NCBI GenBank assembly: GCA_965261595.1
Contig: CBDHDG010000006.1
Location: forward strand, 1,248,001-1,312,000
Source: a bacterium
Lineage (GTDB): Bacteria > UBA8248 > JACPRG01 > G963555815
Length of the DNA: 64,000 nt
Reading direction: 5' to 3'
Shown: positions 50,468-60,453 of the stretch, one piece after another
Layout: each line of letters starts with the position of its first letter
How positions within the stretch are numbered: the stretch's first letter is position 1
Program-made: the position numbers and the translations under genes
The notes under the pieces: model-generated
Database searches by the model: none
What the model saw: the letters and a program-made list of their open reading frames with translations, nothing else
What the model was told of the DNA's origin: nothing

Positions 50468-51871
50468 TCCCCCGCTCTAGGGTTTTGTTGGACACTCGAT
50501 TGATCCATGATTCATGGAGAAAGGGGTGTCGCGATGAACGAACAAAAGCAAGAGGGGGCTTTGGCGGAGGGCGCCCGCAGGGCGAACGGAGCCAAGGCCC
50601 CAGGGCATCGCAGTGAGCGGGGTCGGTTCTCCTGCCAGCGCAAGCGGGAGGCGGTCCTGCGTCTTTTGCGGGGCGAGAGCCTGGAGACGCTCTGCCGCGA
50701 GTTGGGCACGACAGCGGCTCGGCTTTCCGCCTGGCGCGAGGCGTTCCTTCGCGGGGGCGAGGCGGCGCTCAAAGCCCGCCCGGCGGATGAGCGGGACGAG
50801 GAGAACGCCCGGCTCAAGGCCAAGGTGGGCGAACTCACGATGGAGGGCGAGGTCCTGCGGGAGAAGATCGACCGCCTGGAGGCCGGCCGCCCTTTAGCCG
50901 GCAGGAGGTGGAGGCGATGAGTCAGGCCCGCTTCACCTCCACGGGCAGAGCCTACGGCCTGAAGCGGGTGTGCGCCCTTTGGGGCTTGGCGCGCTCCACG
51001 GTCTACGCGCAACGGCGGCGAGAGGCGGTCCCCGTTCATGAACGCCCCACGCCCAATAAGCGCGGCCCTGTGGGCCCGTGCACCGATGCGGAACTCCTCG
51101 GCCACATCCGGCAGGTCCTGGAGGACTCTCCCTTCCATGGCGAGGGCTACCGCAAGGTGTGGGCGAGGCTGCGCTTCGCGGGCATCCGCACCAGCAAGGA
51201 GCGGGTGCGTCGCCTGATGCGGGAGGCGGGGCTTCAGGCCCCCCACCGGGTGGGCAAACCCCGAGGTCCCAAGGCCCACAACGGGACCATCCGCACCGAG
51301 CGGCCCGACCGAATGTGGGGCACGGACATGACGACGACGGTGACCACCGAGGAGGGGGTGGCCTCGGTGTTCGTGGCGGTGGATCACTGCTCGGTGGACT
51401 GCGTGGGGATCCATGCGGCCAAGAGCGGCAACCGCTTCGAGGCCCTGGAGCCGATCCGGCAGGGGGTCGCCGAGCGCTTCGCCGGCTTGGAGGCGGACGT
51501 CGCCGAGGGGCTTAAAGTTCGTCACGACCACGGCCCCGCCTATCTGTCCGATGACTTTCAGCGGGAGATCGCCTACCTGGGCATGACCAGTTCGCCCAGC
51601 TTCGTGCGGGCGCCCGAGGGAAATGGCTACTGTGAGTGGTTTATCCGCATCTTGAAGGAGAATCTCCTGTGGGTGCGCTCTTTCGCCACCGTAGAGGAAC
51701 TGCGGTGGGCGCTGCTTGAGTTCAAGAACCTGTACAACCATCATTGGATTCTCGAGGGCTACGGCTACCGAACGCCGGCCCAGGCAAGGCAGGAAAAACT
51801 CGCTCAAGTTGCGGAGGCCGCATGAGGTCGAATACCCTCACCCGAGTGTCCAATAACCCAGGGGCGGTCCA
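50468..51871 (+). mobile_element. IS3-family element, 1404 bp, copy B
   Basis: Near-identical to copy A; WGTDMT intact; no TSD. Confidence 0.9.
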
Positions 51872-51902
51872 GATGGGGGTGCTTCCTTCGACCGGGTCGG
51901 CC

Positions 51903-52258
51903 TGACCTGACCGGCGTTTTTTGTACCAGCAGAAGTGAGAGAGAATCTCACGAAGGAGGAAGCTGGGCATGCCGATCCGAAAGTACAAAGCAGAGCAGAT
52001 TGTGACCTTGCTGCGGCAGATCGAAGTGCAGATGGCAAACGGGAAGACGGCTCCCGAAGGCTGCAAGGAAGCCGGCATCCACACCCAGACTTATTACCGC
52101 TGGCGGAAGGAATATGGAGGGCTGAAGCTGGATCAGGCGAAACGGCTGAAGGAGCTCGAGAAGGAAAATACGCGGTTGAAGCGACTGGTGGCCAAGTTGT
52201 CGCTGGAGAAGCAAGTGCTACGGGACGTAGCCCAGGGAAACTTCTGAGCCCTGAGCGG
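51903..52258 (+). mobile_element. IS3-family (IS407-like) 5' fragment with orfA 51969-52247
   Basis: EQIVTLLRQ...TYYRWRKEYGG...RLKELEKEN.RLK; GGGAAAC at the orfA end; cut by the next IS. Confidence 0.82.
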
Positions 52259-53669
52259 TGGAGTTACCCCGTTTCAGTGGACAGTTTAGGGCTGTCGTCC
52301 CCAGCCCTGAGGTGGGCGACAGCCGGTGGACGTAAAGTCTTCTCCCGATCCGATAGATAGGGTGCCCCCGGGGGGTATGTCTTGACCTTTGGCTCGCTGC
52401 TCCGGGAAGCACCGGGGACGGCTCGAGCCGGACGATGAGCGTTGCGCACTGCACGTGGCGTTTCCTTCGCCACGGCGCGTTCGAAGTCGTTGGGGCTGAG
52501 GTAACCCAGGGCCGAATGACGACGGCGTGGGTTGTACCAGCCTTCGATGAATTGGAAGATCGCCATGCGCGCTTCGGCCTGGGTACGGAACGAGCGCCGG
52601 TCGATGAGCTCGCACTCCAGCGTGGCAAAGAAGCTCTCGGCCATGGCGTTGTCGAAGCAATCCCCGGCCGACCCGGTCGAGGGAACCACCCCCATCTCCC
52701 GGCACCGCTTGCCGAAGGCGAGCGAAGTGTACTGTGATCCCCTGTCGGAGTGATGCACGACCCCGTCGGGGCGGCGCTGTCCCAACGCCATGTTCAGCGC
52801 CCCGAGCACCAGTTCGGTGCGAAGATGGTGGGTCATGAACCATCCCACCACCCGGCGGCTGAACACGTCGAGCACGATGGCCAGGTACACGAACCCCGTC
52901 CAGGTCGGCACGTAGGTCACGTCGGCCACCCAAAGCCGATCCGGCGCATCGGCCTGGAACTGGCGTTCGACCCGGTCCGGGACCACACAATGGCTCTGGT
53001 CCACGCGCGTAGTGCGCATGCCTCGGCGTCGGCTCACCCCGGCCAACCCTGCCTCGCGCATCAGACGAGCCGCCCGTTTGCGGCTCACCCGGCAGCCGCC
53101 GGCCATCAGCTCGGCATGGACCCGAGGCGCCCCGTAGGTGCCACCAGATACCTCGTGGATGGCCCGGATCGTGCCACGCAACGCCTCCTCGCGCTTCGCA
53201 CGAAAAGAACGCCCACGGCTTCGCCACGCGTAGTATCCGCTGGGGGAGACACCCAGCCGACGGCACATCGTGGCCACCCGATGGCAGGCCTGATTCGCCT
53301 TCACGAGCTCGAAGACTTCGCCCGGACCGAGCCGGTCTCCCGAGCGAACCAAGCCGTAGCTTTTGCCAGTATCTCGCGTTCTTCGCGAAGCTGACGATTG
53401 TCCCGACGAAGCCGCCGTAGTTCCTCGAGCTCTGAGCTTGTCAGACCGTCCTCACGACGGCCCTCGTCGCGGTCGGCCTGGCGCACCCAGTTGCGAATCG
53501 CCGAAGCGGAACACTCGAACTCCCGGGCCAGCTCCCCGGGCGTACGGCCCGAGCGAACCAGCTCAACCATCTGGCGCCGGTATTCCGGCGCGTAGGGTGA
53601 ATGAGTTTTCGGCATCTGAACGCCTCCTCCGCACAGTCTGAAGGTGTCCACAAAAACGGGTCAACTCCA
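52259..53669 (-). mobile_element. IS3-family element (orfA 53615-53301, orfB ending at 52264)
   Basis: IRs TGGAGTTACCCCGTTT / AAACGGGTCAACTCCA; WVADVT, HSDRGSQY, DNAMAESFF. Confidence 0.9.
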
Positions 53670-55459
53670 ATCTGCACCACACAACATCAGGAGGCGGGCC
53701 GGCGGAAAGACTGCGGGACTGGGCCCTTGCGGTGTCGCCGACAATGCAGCTGGACGACGGTTTGGTGGACCTCTGTGCGATGACCCTGGCGTGGATGCTG
53801 GCAACATCCAATCGAACCGTTCGCAACGGGGCAACGACGGCTCTGGTGAACTTGCTCACGGGTCGGTTCGAGGCCACGGCGCGCCTGGTGGAGGGATTTG
53901 CGGATGTCGACGACCCCTACGTGGTGGAGCGCGTCTACGCAGTCGCATACGGCGTGGCGACGCGAAGCCATGATTCAGCCGAAGTAAAGGTACTGAGCGA
54001 ATGCGTGTACGGCAGGGTCTTTGGACAGAGCACCGCCCGCCAACATCCTGCTGCGGGACTACGCGCGGGGGGTCGTTGAGCGGGCGATCTACCTGGAGTC
54101 GCCAATCGACGTGGATGCAACGCGCATACGGCCGCTGTACGACAGCACGCCACCGGTGTTCCCGAGCGAGGAGGACGTGGCGCCGCTGTTGCCAAGTCCG
54201 GAACACAACCCCCACAGACGCGAAGGCGACGACTGGGCTCGCAGCCAAATCGGCCACTCGGTGCTGGAGGGCCATCTGCATGGAGCCATACGGGAGACTT
54301 GGAGTTGCTCAGGGGAGTGGCTGTCGCTCGGACTGGACCAGCCGGCGTGGCAGGAGCCGGGCGGTCCGGGGGAAGGAACCGAAGATGGCACGCCTGTGCC
54401 GGTGTTGGACCGCAGCCAGATCGAACGGTATCTGCTGCGGCGGGTATTCGAGCTGGGGTGGACGACGGAGCGGTTCGGGAGCTTCGACCGGAGTTGGGAT
54501 GTCGACGGAATCGGACGGCCAAGCAAGGAGAGCATAGGACGCAAGTACCAGTGGATCGCGTGCCGCGAGGTACTTGCACTGATCGCCGATCACTTCCAGT
54601 ACAGAGAGTATCCGGCAGACGTAGAACGCAGTCACCGTTATCTGGGGCCTTGGCAGAACTGGCTGCGCGACATTGATCCGACGTTGACCGGGACACTTCC
54701 GGTCGGGAGGCGATGGAGCTACCGGCAAGGCAACCCAGGGGTCTGGTGGACGGCGGGAGGATACGACGACTGGGAAGATTCGGATCGGCTCGGAGACTGG
54801 GTCCTGGCCAAGATGACCTGCCCAAGATTGAGGATCTCCTGATGGTGCGAAATCCAAGCGAGGGGACGAAGTGGCTAAACGGCAACAGCTACTTTGCATG
54901 GGAGCAGGAGCCGCCTGTCGGCCGAGAATTATTCGAGGTTGAGCGCGGCGAGGTTGCGTGGTGGATCACCGCGTACCTCACGCGTGGGGAAGATGTGCAG
55001 GTCTTTATGGAATGGGCCAGCGCGCGGCCCCTCGTAGACGCCGGGATCGAAGACGTCGCCGAGGTGTACGACGTGTATGTGGGCGAACACGGTTGGGCGC
55101 CGGCGGCGGGATACAGGCAGGTGTCGCGTGGTGGTTTGTTTGAGTACGCGCGGCCCAGCAGGAATGCACCGGTGTGCCTTGAGGCGGTCGCTACGAAATA
55201 CCCGTTTCGCGCGGGCGGCAGGGACGAATCAGTATCGTCGGACGAGTGGCTTCAACTTCCGGTTCAGAAGATCGTGCAGATCGGAGGGCTACGTTGGAGT
55301 GGGCAGGCCGCTGACTTCCTGGATCCCCACGGCAATTTGGCGGCGTTCGATCCAAGCTCTCACGCGGCGGGACCGAGTGCGTTGCTCGTGCGAGAGGAGT
55401 TCTTGAGAGAACTGATTAACCGGCACGGCCTTGGCATGGTGTGGACCGTTGTGTGCCTG
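53670..55459 (+). pseudogene. C-terminal part of an Avs2-like (AVAST/STAND) protein; frameshifted and IS-split, tail at 56864 to about 56980
   Basis: DDPYVVERVYAVAYG, NILLRDYARG, ESIGRKYQWIA, GPWQ..RDIDP recalled from Avs2-type C-terminal regions. Frameshifts at about 54020 and 54810. Confidence 0.6.
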
Positions 55460-56863
55460 TGGACCGCCCCTGGGTTATTGGACACTCGGGTGAGGGTATT
55501 CGACCTCATGCGGCCTCCGCAACTTGAGCGAGTTTTTCCTGCCTTGCCTGGGCCGGCGTTCGGTAGCCGTAGCCCTCGAGAATCCAATGATGGTTGTACA
55601 GGTTCTTGAACTCAAGCAGCGCCCACCGCAGTTCCTCTACGGTGGCGAAAGAGCGCACCCACAGGAGATTCTCCTTCAAGATGCGGATAAACCACTCACA
55701 GTAGCCATTTCCCTCGGGCGCCCGCACGAAGCTGGGCGAACTGGTCATGCCCAGGTAGGCGATCTCCCGCTGAAAGTCATCGGACAGATAGGCGGGGCCG
55801 TGGTCGTGACGAACTTTAAGCCCCTCGGCGACGTCCGCCTCCAAGCCGGCGAAGCGCTCGGCGACCCCCTGCCGGATCGGCTCCAGGGCCTCGAAGCGGT
55901 TGCCGCTCTTGGCCGCATGGATCCCCACGCAGTCCACCGAGCAGTGATCCACCGCCACGACCACCGAGGCCACCCCCTCCTCGGTGGTCACCGTCGTCGT
56001 CATGTCCGTGCCCCACATTCGGTCGGGCCGCTCGGTGCGGATGGTCCCGTTGTGGGCCTTGGGACCTCGGGGTTTGCCCACCCGGTGGGGGGCCTGAAGC
56101 CCCGCCTCCCGCATCAGGCGACGCACCCGCTCCTTGCTGGTGCGGATGCCCGCGAAGCGCAGCCTCGCCCACACCTTGCGGTAGCCCTCGCCATGGAAGG
56201 GAGAGTCCTCCAGGACCTGCCGGATGTGGCCGAGGAGTTCCGCATCGGTGCACGGGCCCACAGGGCCGCGCTTATTGGGCGTGGGGCGTTCATGAACGGG
56301 GACCGCCTCTCGCCGCCGTTCCGCGTAGACCGTGGAGAGCGCCAAGCCCCAAAGGGCGCACACCCGCTTCAGGCCGTAGGCTCTGCCCGTGGAGGTGAAG
56401 CGGGCCTGACTCATCGCCTCCACCTCCTGCCGGCTAAAGGGCGGCCGGCCTCCAGGCGGTCGATCTTCTCCCGCAGGACCTCGCCCTCCATCGTGAGTTC
56501 GCCCACCTTGGCCTTGAGCCGGGCGTTCTCCTCGTCCCGCTCATCCGCCGGGCGGGCTTTGAGCGCCGCCTCGCCCCCGCGAAGGAACGCCTCGCGCCAG
56601 GCGGAAAGCCGAACCGCTGTCGTGCCCAACTCGCGGCAGAGCGTCTCCAGGCTCTCGCCCCGCAAAAGACGCAGGACCGCCTCCCGCTTGCGCTGGCAGG
56701 AGAACCGACCCCGCTCACTGCGATGCCCTGGGGCCTTGGCTCCGTTCGCCCTGCGGGCGCCCTCCGCCAAAGCCCCCTCTTGCTTTTGTTCGTTCATCGC
56801 GACACCCCTTTCTCCATGAATCATGGATCAATCGAGTGTCCAACAAAACCCTAGAGCGGGGGA
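55460..56863 (-). mobile_element. IS3-family element, 1404 bp, copy C
   Basis: Inverted copy with 4-bp TSD CCTG (55456-55459 and 56864-56867). Confidence 0.92.
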
Positions 56864-57086
56864 CCTGAAGTCTGTAAGGTTGCTGGATCCGGCGCCGGGG
56901 TTACCCGCTCCTTCGGATCTCGGGTGCTTATAGGCTGTCGGAGACAGGGCCCGTCGGATTCATGCGGCCGGAGGTGATAAGGCGTGAGAGCCAACCATGG
57001 GATGTTTGATGCATACCCTACCGTAGCCCTACGTCAAGAGCCTTGGTGGGCCGCTGCCGGCGTCATATAAATCCGGAGACCAATTT

Positions 57087-58385
57087 TTGAAGGTGCGCTT
57101 CCATCCACTCGATAAGGTGCCATACTCAGTGTCCGAAAAACGCAACACGTGCATTGCCATTCTTGAGACCGACACACCCGACGACTTAGACCGGCGGATA
57201 ACGGAGCTGGAGATCGACGTACCTCCTCGCGCGCAAGACCCGACGACCGACGATTGTGAACAATGGCAGATGCAACACCTCCTGCGCGCGCTATGTTGCG
57301 CCAGCCAATTGCCTCTACCTGTGCGACTCTACAAACGCGAGGCGCCAGACTTCGTTCTCGAAACCGGCAATTTGCGGATCGGGGTCGAGACCACAGAAGC
57401 AATCAACTCCGACTACGTTCGGGCGCAAATGCACCCCGCCGCTCAGGAAGACGGTGTGGTCGTCGACCCGTCGCTGTACAAGTGGGGCAACCAGGGCCGC
57501 CCGAACTCGCAGATTCGCGAAGAGGCCGGGCGGAAGCATCTGTCAGGCGATGGCTGGGTCGGAGACAGCGTTGAGTGGGAGTTCGGGCAGTCGATCATTG
57601 ATGTAGTTCGGCGCAAACACCTCAAACTGCGCTCCCACTACGCGAGATACGATAGCGATCGTCTTCTCGTTTACTACAATCAACTATCCCCGGTAATTGA
57701 CATCGACAAAGCACGCGTCTACGCCGCTAAATGCCTTGTGGACTACTGGAACCAATTCGGTTTCGATACAGTTTACGTACACAAATACAACTGGGTGCTG
57801 TACTTTACGAGAGATGCGTCAGGAATTCTGTACGAATTCCCGCGATCGGACGCGCCGCTCGGCATCAATACAGATACGTGGGAACGGCTCGAATCCGTCG
57901 AAAAGCTATACCTGAAGTTACTTGAACACGAGTCCGACTTCATGCAACTCATCTCGATCAGCGACCCTGAACCGGAACCCGACCATCTCCTCGTGTACAA
58001 AAGCGACTTGCAGAACCTTCACCACGAGTGGCATGAAAACAGAGCCCGCGACCTCCTCGAAAGCGGCTACAGCGGTCTACTCCAGCCGCCGGACCAAATT
58101 CGCCTCAGGACTGCATCCGAAGTTGCTGCCTGCCCAGCCGCATTGGATTTGTTCCGGGGTGGCGTCCTTGAGTATGTCTTCCGCGCCGTGGCCGAGGCGG
58201 TTGCCGACGTCGGCGCCACGGAAATCCCTCGGTTGCACGGGACGATGGCTTCCCGTTGCCCTGAATTCGCGACAACCGTGACTGCCGTCCTTCGTTACCT
58301 ATCCACGTTCGAGCACATCACGCACTGGGCTCGCGATTCGCGTAGTTGTTCAACGATCCTTGACGCTCTCCATCACCAAGCTTGA
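57087..58385 (+). CDS. Hypothetical protein with PD-(D/E)XK-like nuclease motif
   Basis: REAPDFVL...IGVETTE; 432-aa open frame, start uncertain. Confidence 0.55.
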   Translation: MKVRFHPLDKVPYSVSEKRNTCIAILETDTPDDLDRRITELEIDVPPRAQDPTTDDCEQWQMQHLLRALCCASQLPLPVRLYKREAPDFVLETGNLRIGVETTEAINSDYVRAQMHPAAQEDGVVVDPSLYKWGNQGRPNSQIREEAGRKHLSGDGWVGDSVEWEFGQSIIDVVRRKHLKLRSHYARYDSDRLLVYYNQLSPVIDIDKARVYAAKCLVDYWNQFGFDTVYVHKYNWVLYFTRDASGILYEFPRSDAPLGINTDTWERLESVEKLYLKLLEHESDFMQLISISDPEPEPDHLLVYKSDLQNLHHEWHENRARDLLESGYSGLLQPPDQIRLRTASEVAACPAALDLFRGGVLEYVFRAVAEAVADVGATEIPRLHGTMASRCPEFATTVTAVLRYLSTFEHITHWARDSRSCSTILDALHHQA

Positions 58386-58655
58386 CACAGGCGCACAACA
58401 GCGCCGGACCGTGAGTTCGGTAACGAGTTGGGTGTAGTGTCACGGGCTCCGCTGCAGCGCAGGCGATACAGACAGAATTTGAAGGCCAGTGGCGCGTGCA
58501 CGATGCCGAGACATTCGCATGAGCCGAGGTCCCGATGGCGGCCACCGGCCGCGACGGTCTCGATTGACCTCCCTCCTCTTGAGACTGGAACGTCGAACTG
58601 TGCTGGTTCCACGTTTGTGGTGAACATGCGTGTGCAACCACGGGGCCAGAGATAG

Positions 58656-59951
58656 GTGGGTACGATGAGGGGCAGATGTTTCAAGTGCGGTGACGATCAG
58701 GAGCTCGTGAAGGATTCGCCACGGGTGGTGCTGCATGCGTTGACGCAATTGGCGTCGCCTGTTGAGATAGAAGTCCCGATTCGGTGCACGAATTGCGGTC
58801 GCGAGGTTGGCGCCAACGTTCAGTTCGTCGCGACAAACAAGAAAGTCTCCCGGCCCTCCCGAATGGATGACCAGCCTGCGGCGGAGAGGCGACATGGCAG
58901 CGTCTGGGGGCCTCACGGGAAAGTTTCGACATTTCTGAATTACCCGGGTGTCTTGATCCCTGGGCAAAACGTGCTGTACCCCGCACACGAGGGCAGGCTG
59001 AGTGCCGGTCACGCCATTGATCGCTACGGCGATCCCGATCTCATGGCGGAGTTCGCTGCCGAGTACTTGAAGCAGTATTGGGTGATCGTCCCGAAGGGCA
59101 GGCTGCCACAAACGGTGAGCGAGATGATGCCCGCGCTGAATCTGCTGGTGAACGCCGCGGAGCTCGCCATGAAGGCCGACCTAATTCGGTCGGGCAATGA
59201 CAGCGGGGGGCACTCTCTGCCGACGCTCTATGGGCGTGTGGACTGCAAACACCGGGAAGTGATCGAGCGACGTTTCGCCGAAGCGCCGATGAATAGCGAT
59301 CTGATGACCTTGGGATCCGAGCCTCCTACAGTGGAAAGCGTGTTGGGCGCGTACGAGCACGGATTCGGCTGGAGCCCGGTGTATCAGGACACGCGCTATT
59401 ACGCCGAGCCGACGACGAGGGTGAAATCGGAGGACGCGAAGGGGGGAAACTTGGTCAAAGACACCCCGTACCCGATCTTTCTCCCCGTCGTCGTCCAAAC
59501 AATCATTGACATGTACGGGTTCTTCTCCGGTGCCGAGCGACTGAAGCGGCTCGGGGCGGAAGTCGGTTATGGGTCGCGTGATCCGGGGAATGACCAACAC
59601 GGCGATTGGGGACTGGTCCCGTCCTCTGTCGGGCTTGTCGTCCTTCGTGTTGCCCAATTCGTTGCCGGGACTGAACGCGGGGAACTCCGCGAGGAATTTC
59701 GCCAGTTCAAGGAGGCGCGTCCACCTCTCTACTGCACGTCGTGGATGTACGGGGGAAACGTCCTTCTCTTCTATCGGGCCGGCAGGGAGCACCCCGAGGA
59801 TGGTGAGACCGTCATCGATGCCCTGGAGTGCAAGGTCTGGTATGCCGGTAGTCTGGGTATGCATCCGCGCGATCTCTTCCTTCTCGCGGACGCTCTCGAA
59901 GCCCCCGGAAAGGTCGAGGAATTCCAGTGGGGGAGTTCGTCGGCGCGCTGA
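58656..59951 (+). CDS. Hypothetical protein with N-terminal zinc ribbon and HEPN-like domain
   Basis: CFKC...CTNC; AAELAMKA...GHSLPTLY. Confidence 0.55.
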   Translation: MGTMRGRCFKCGDDQELVKDSPRVVLHALTQLASPVEIEVPIRCTNCGREVGANVQFVATNKKVSRPSRMDDQPAAERRHGSVWGPHGKVSTFLNYPGVLIPGQNVLYPAHEGRLSAGHAIDRYGDPDLMAEFAAEYLKQYWVIVPKGRLPQTVSEMMPALNLLVNAAELAMKADLIRSGNDSGGHSLPTLYGRVDCKHREVIERRFAEAPMNSDLMTLGSEPPTVESVLGAYEHGFGWSPVYQDTRYYAEPTTRVKSEDAKGGNLVKDTPYPIFLPVVVQTIIDMYGFFSGAERLKRLGAEVGYGSRDPGNDQHGDWGLVPSSVGLVVLRVAQFVAGTERGELREEFRQFKEARPPLYCTSWMYGGNVLLFYRAGREHPEDGETVIDALECKVWYAGSLGMHPRDLFLLADALEAPGKVEEFQWGSSSAR

Positions 59952-60044
59952 CGGTGTTGCTCCGCGCGTATGCTCGACGCTGATCGGCGGAGTAACCCAA
60001 TGGTTTACCTGGATTTATGGGGGTCAAGGCCCGGGTCTGACGCA

Positions 60045-60325
60045 CAATCAGCGGGACATCCAGGCCCTGCACCGGGCCCGCCAGCGGATGGTGAACCATC
60101 GAATCGCCATGGTCAGCCAGATCCGCGGCCTCCTATTCGATCGCGGCATCGCCTTCCCAAGAGGATCATCCGGGCGCGCCGGACGATCCAGGAGATCCTC
60201 AGCAAGGAGGAGAACGAACTGACCGGCCTGGCCCGCGACGCGATCGGCTAACTTCATGACCTGTTCAGGGACTTGGTTCTCAGGATCGCCAGCTTCGACA
60301 AGAAGATCGAACGGGTGTCCCGTTC
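60045..60325 (+). pseudogene. IS110-family transposase internal fragment
   Basis: QRDIQALHRARQRMV..R..MVSQIRGLL..RGI; frameshift and stop. Confidence 0.65.
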
Positions 60326-60453
60326 ATCCGCGGCCTAACTGCCTCGGTGCTCTCATGGTGCAAAATAGCTTTGACGTATCACGTGTTCCTATAATGTTCG
60401 CGCCATGGTTTACGCAACAGATATTAGGGTCTGATTGTCGAGGTAGATATACA

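Noticed and set aside
50008..50616. 202-aa ORF as a real HTH-protease fusion
   Set aside because: Chance in-frame join of an antitoxin fragment, a protease start with its own RBS, and IS sequence.
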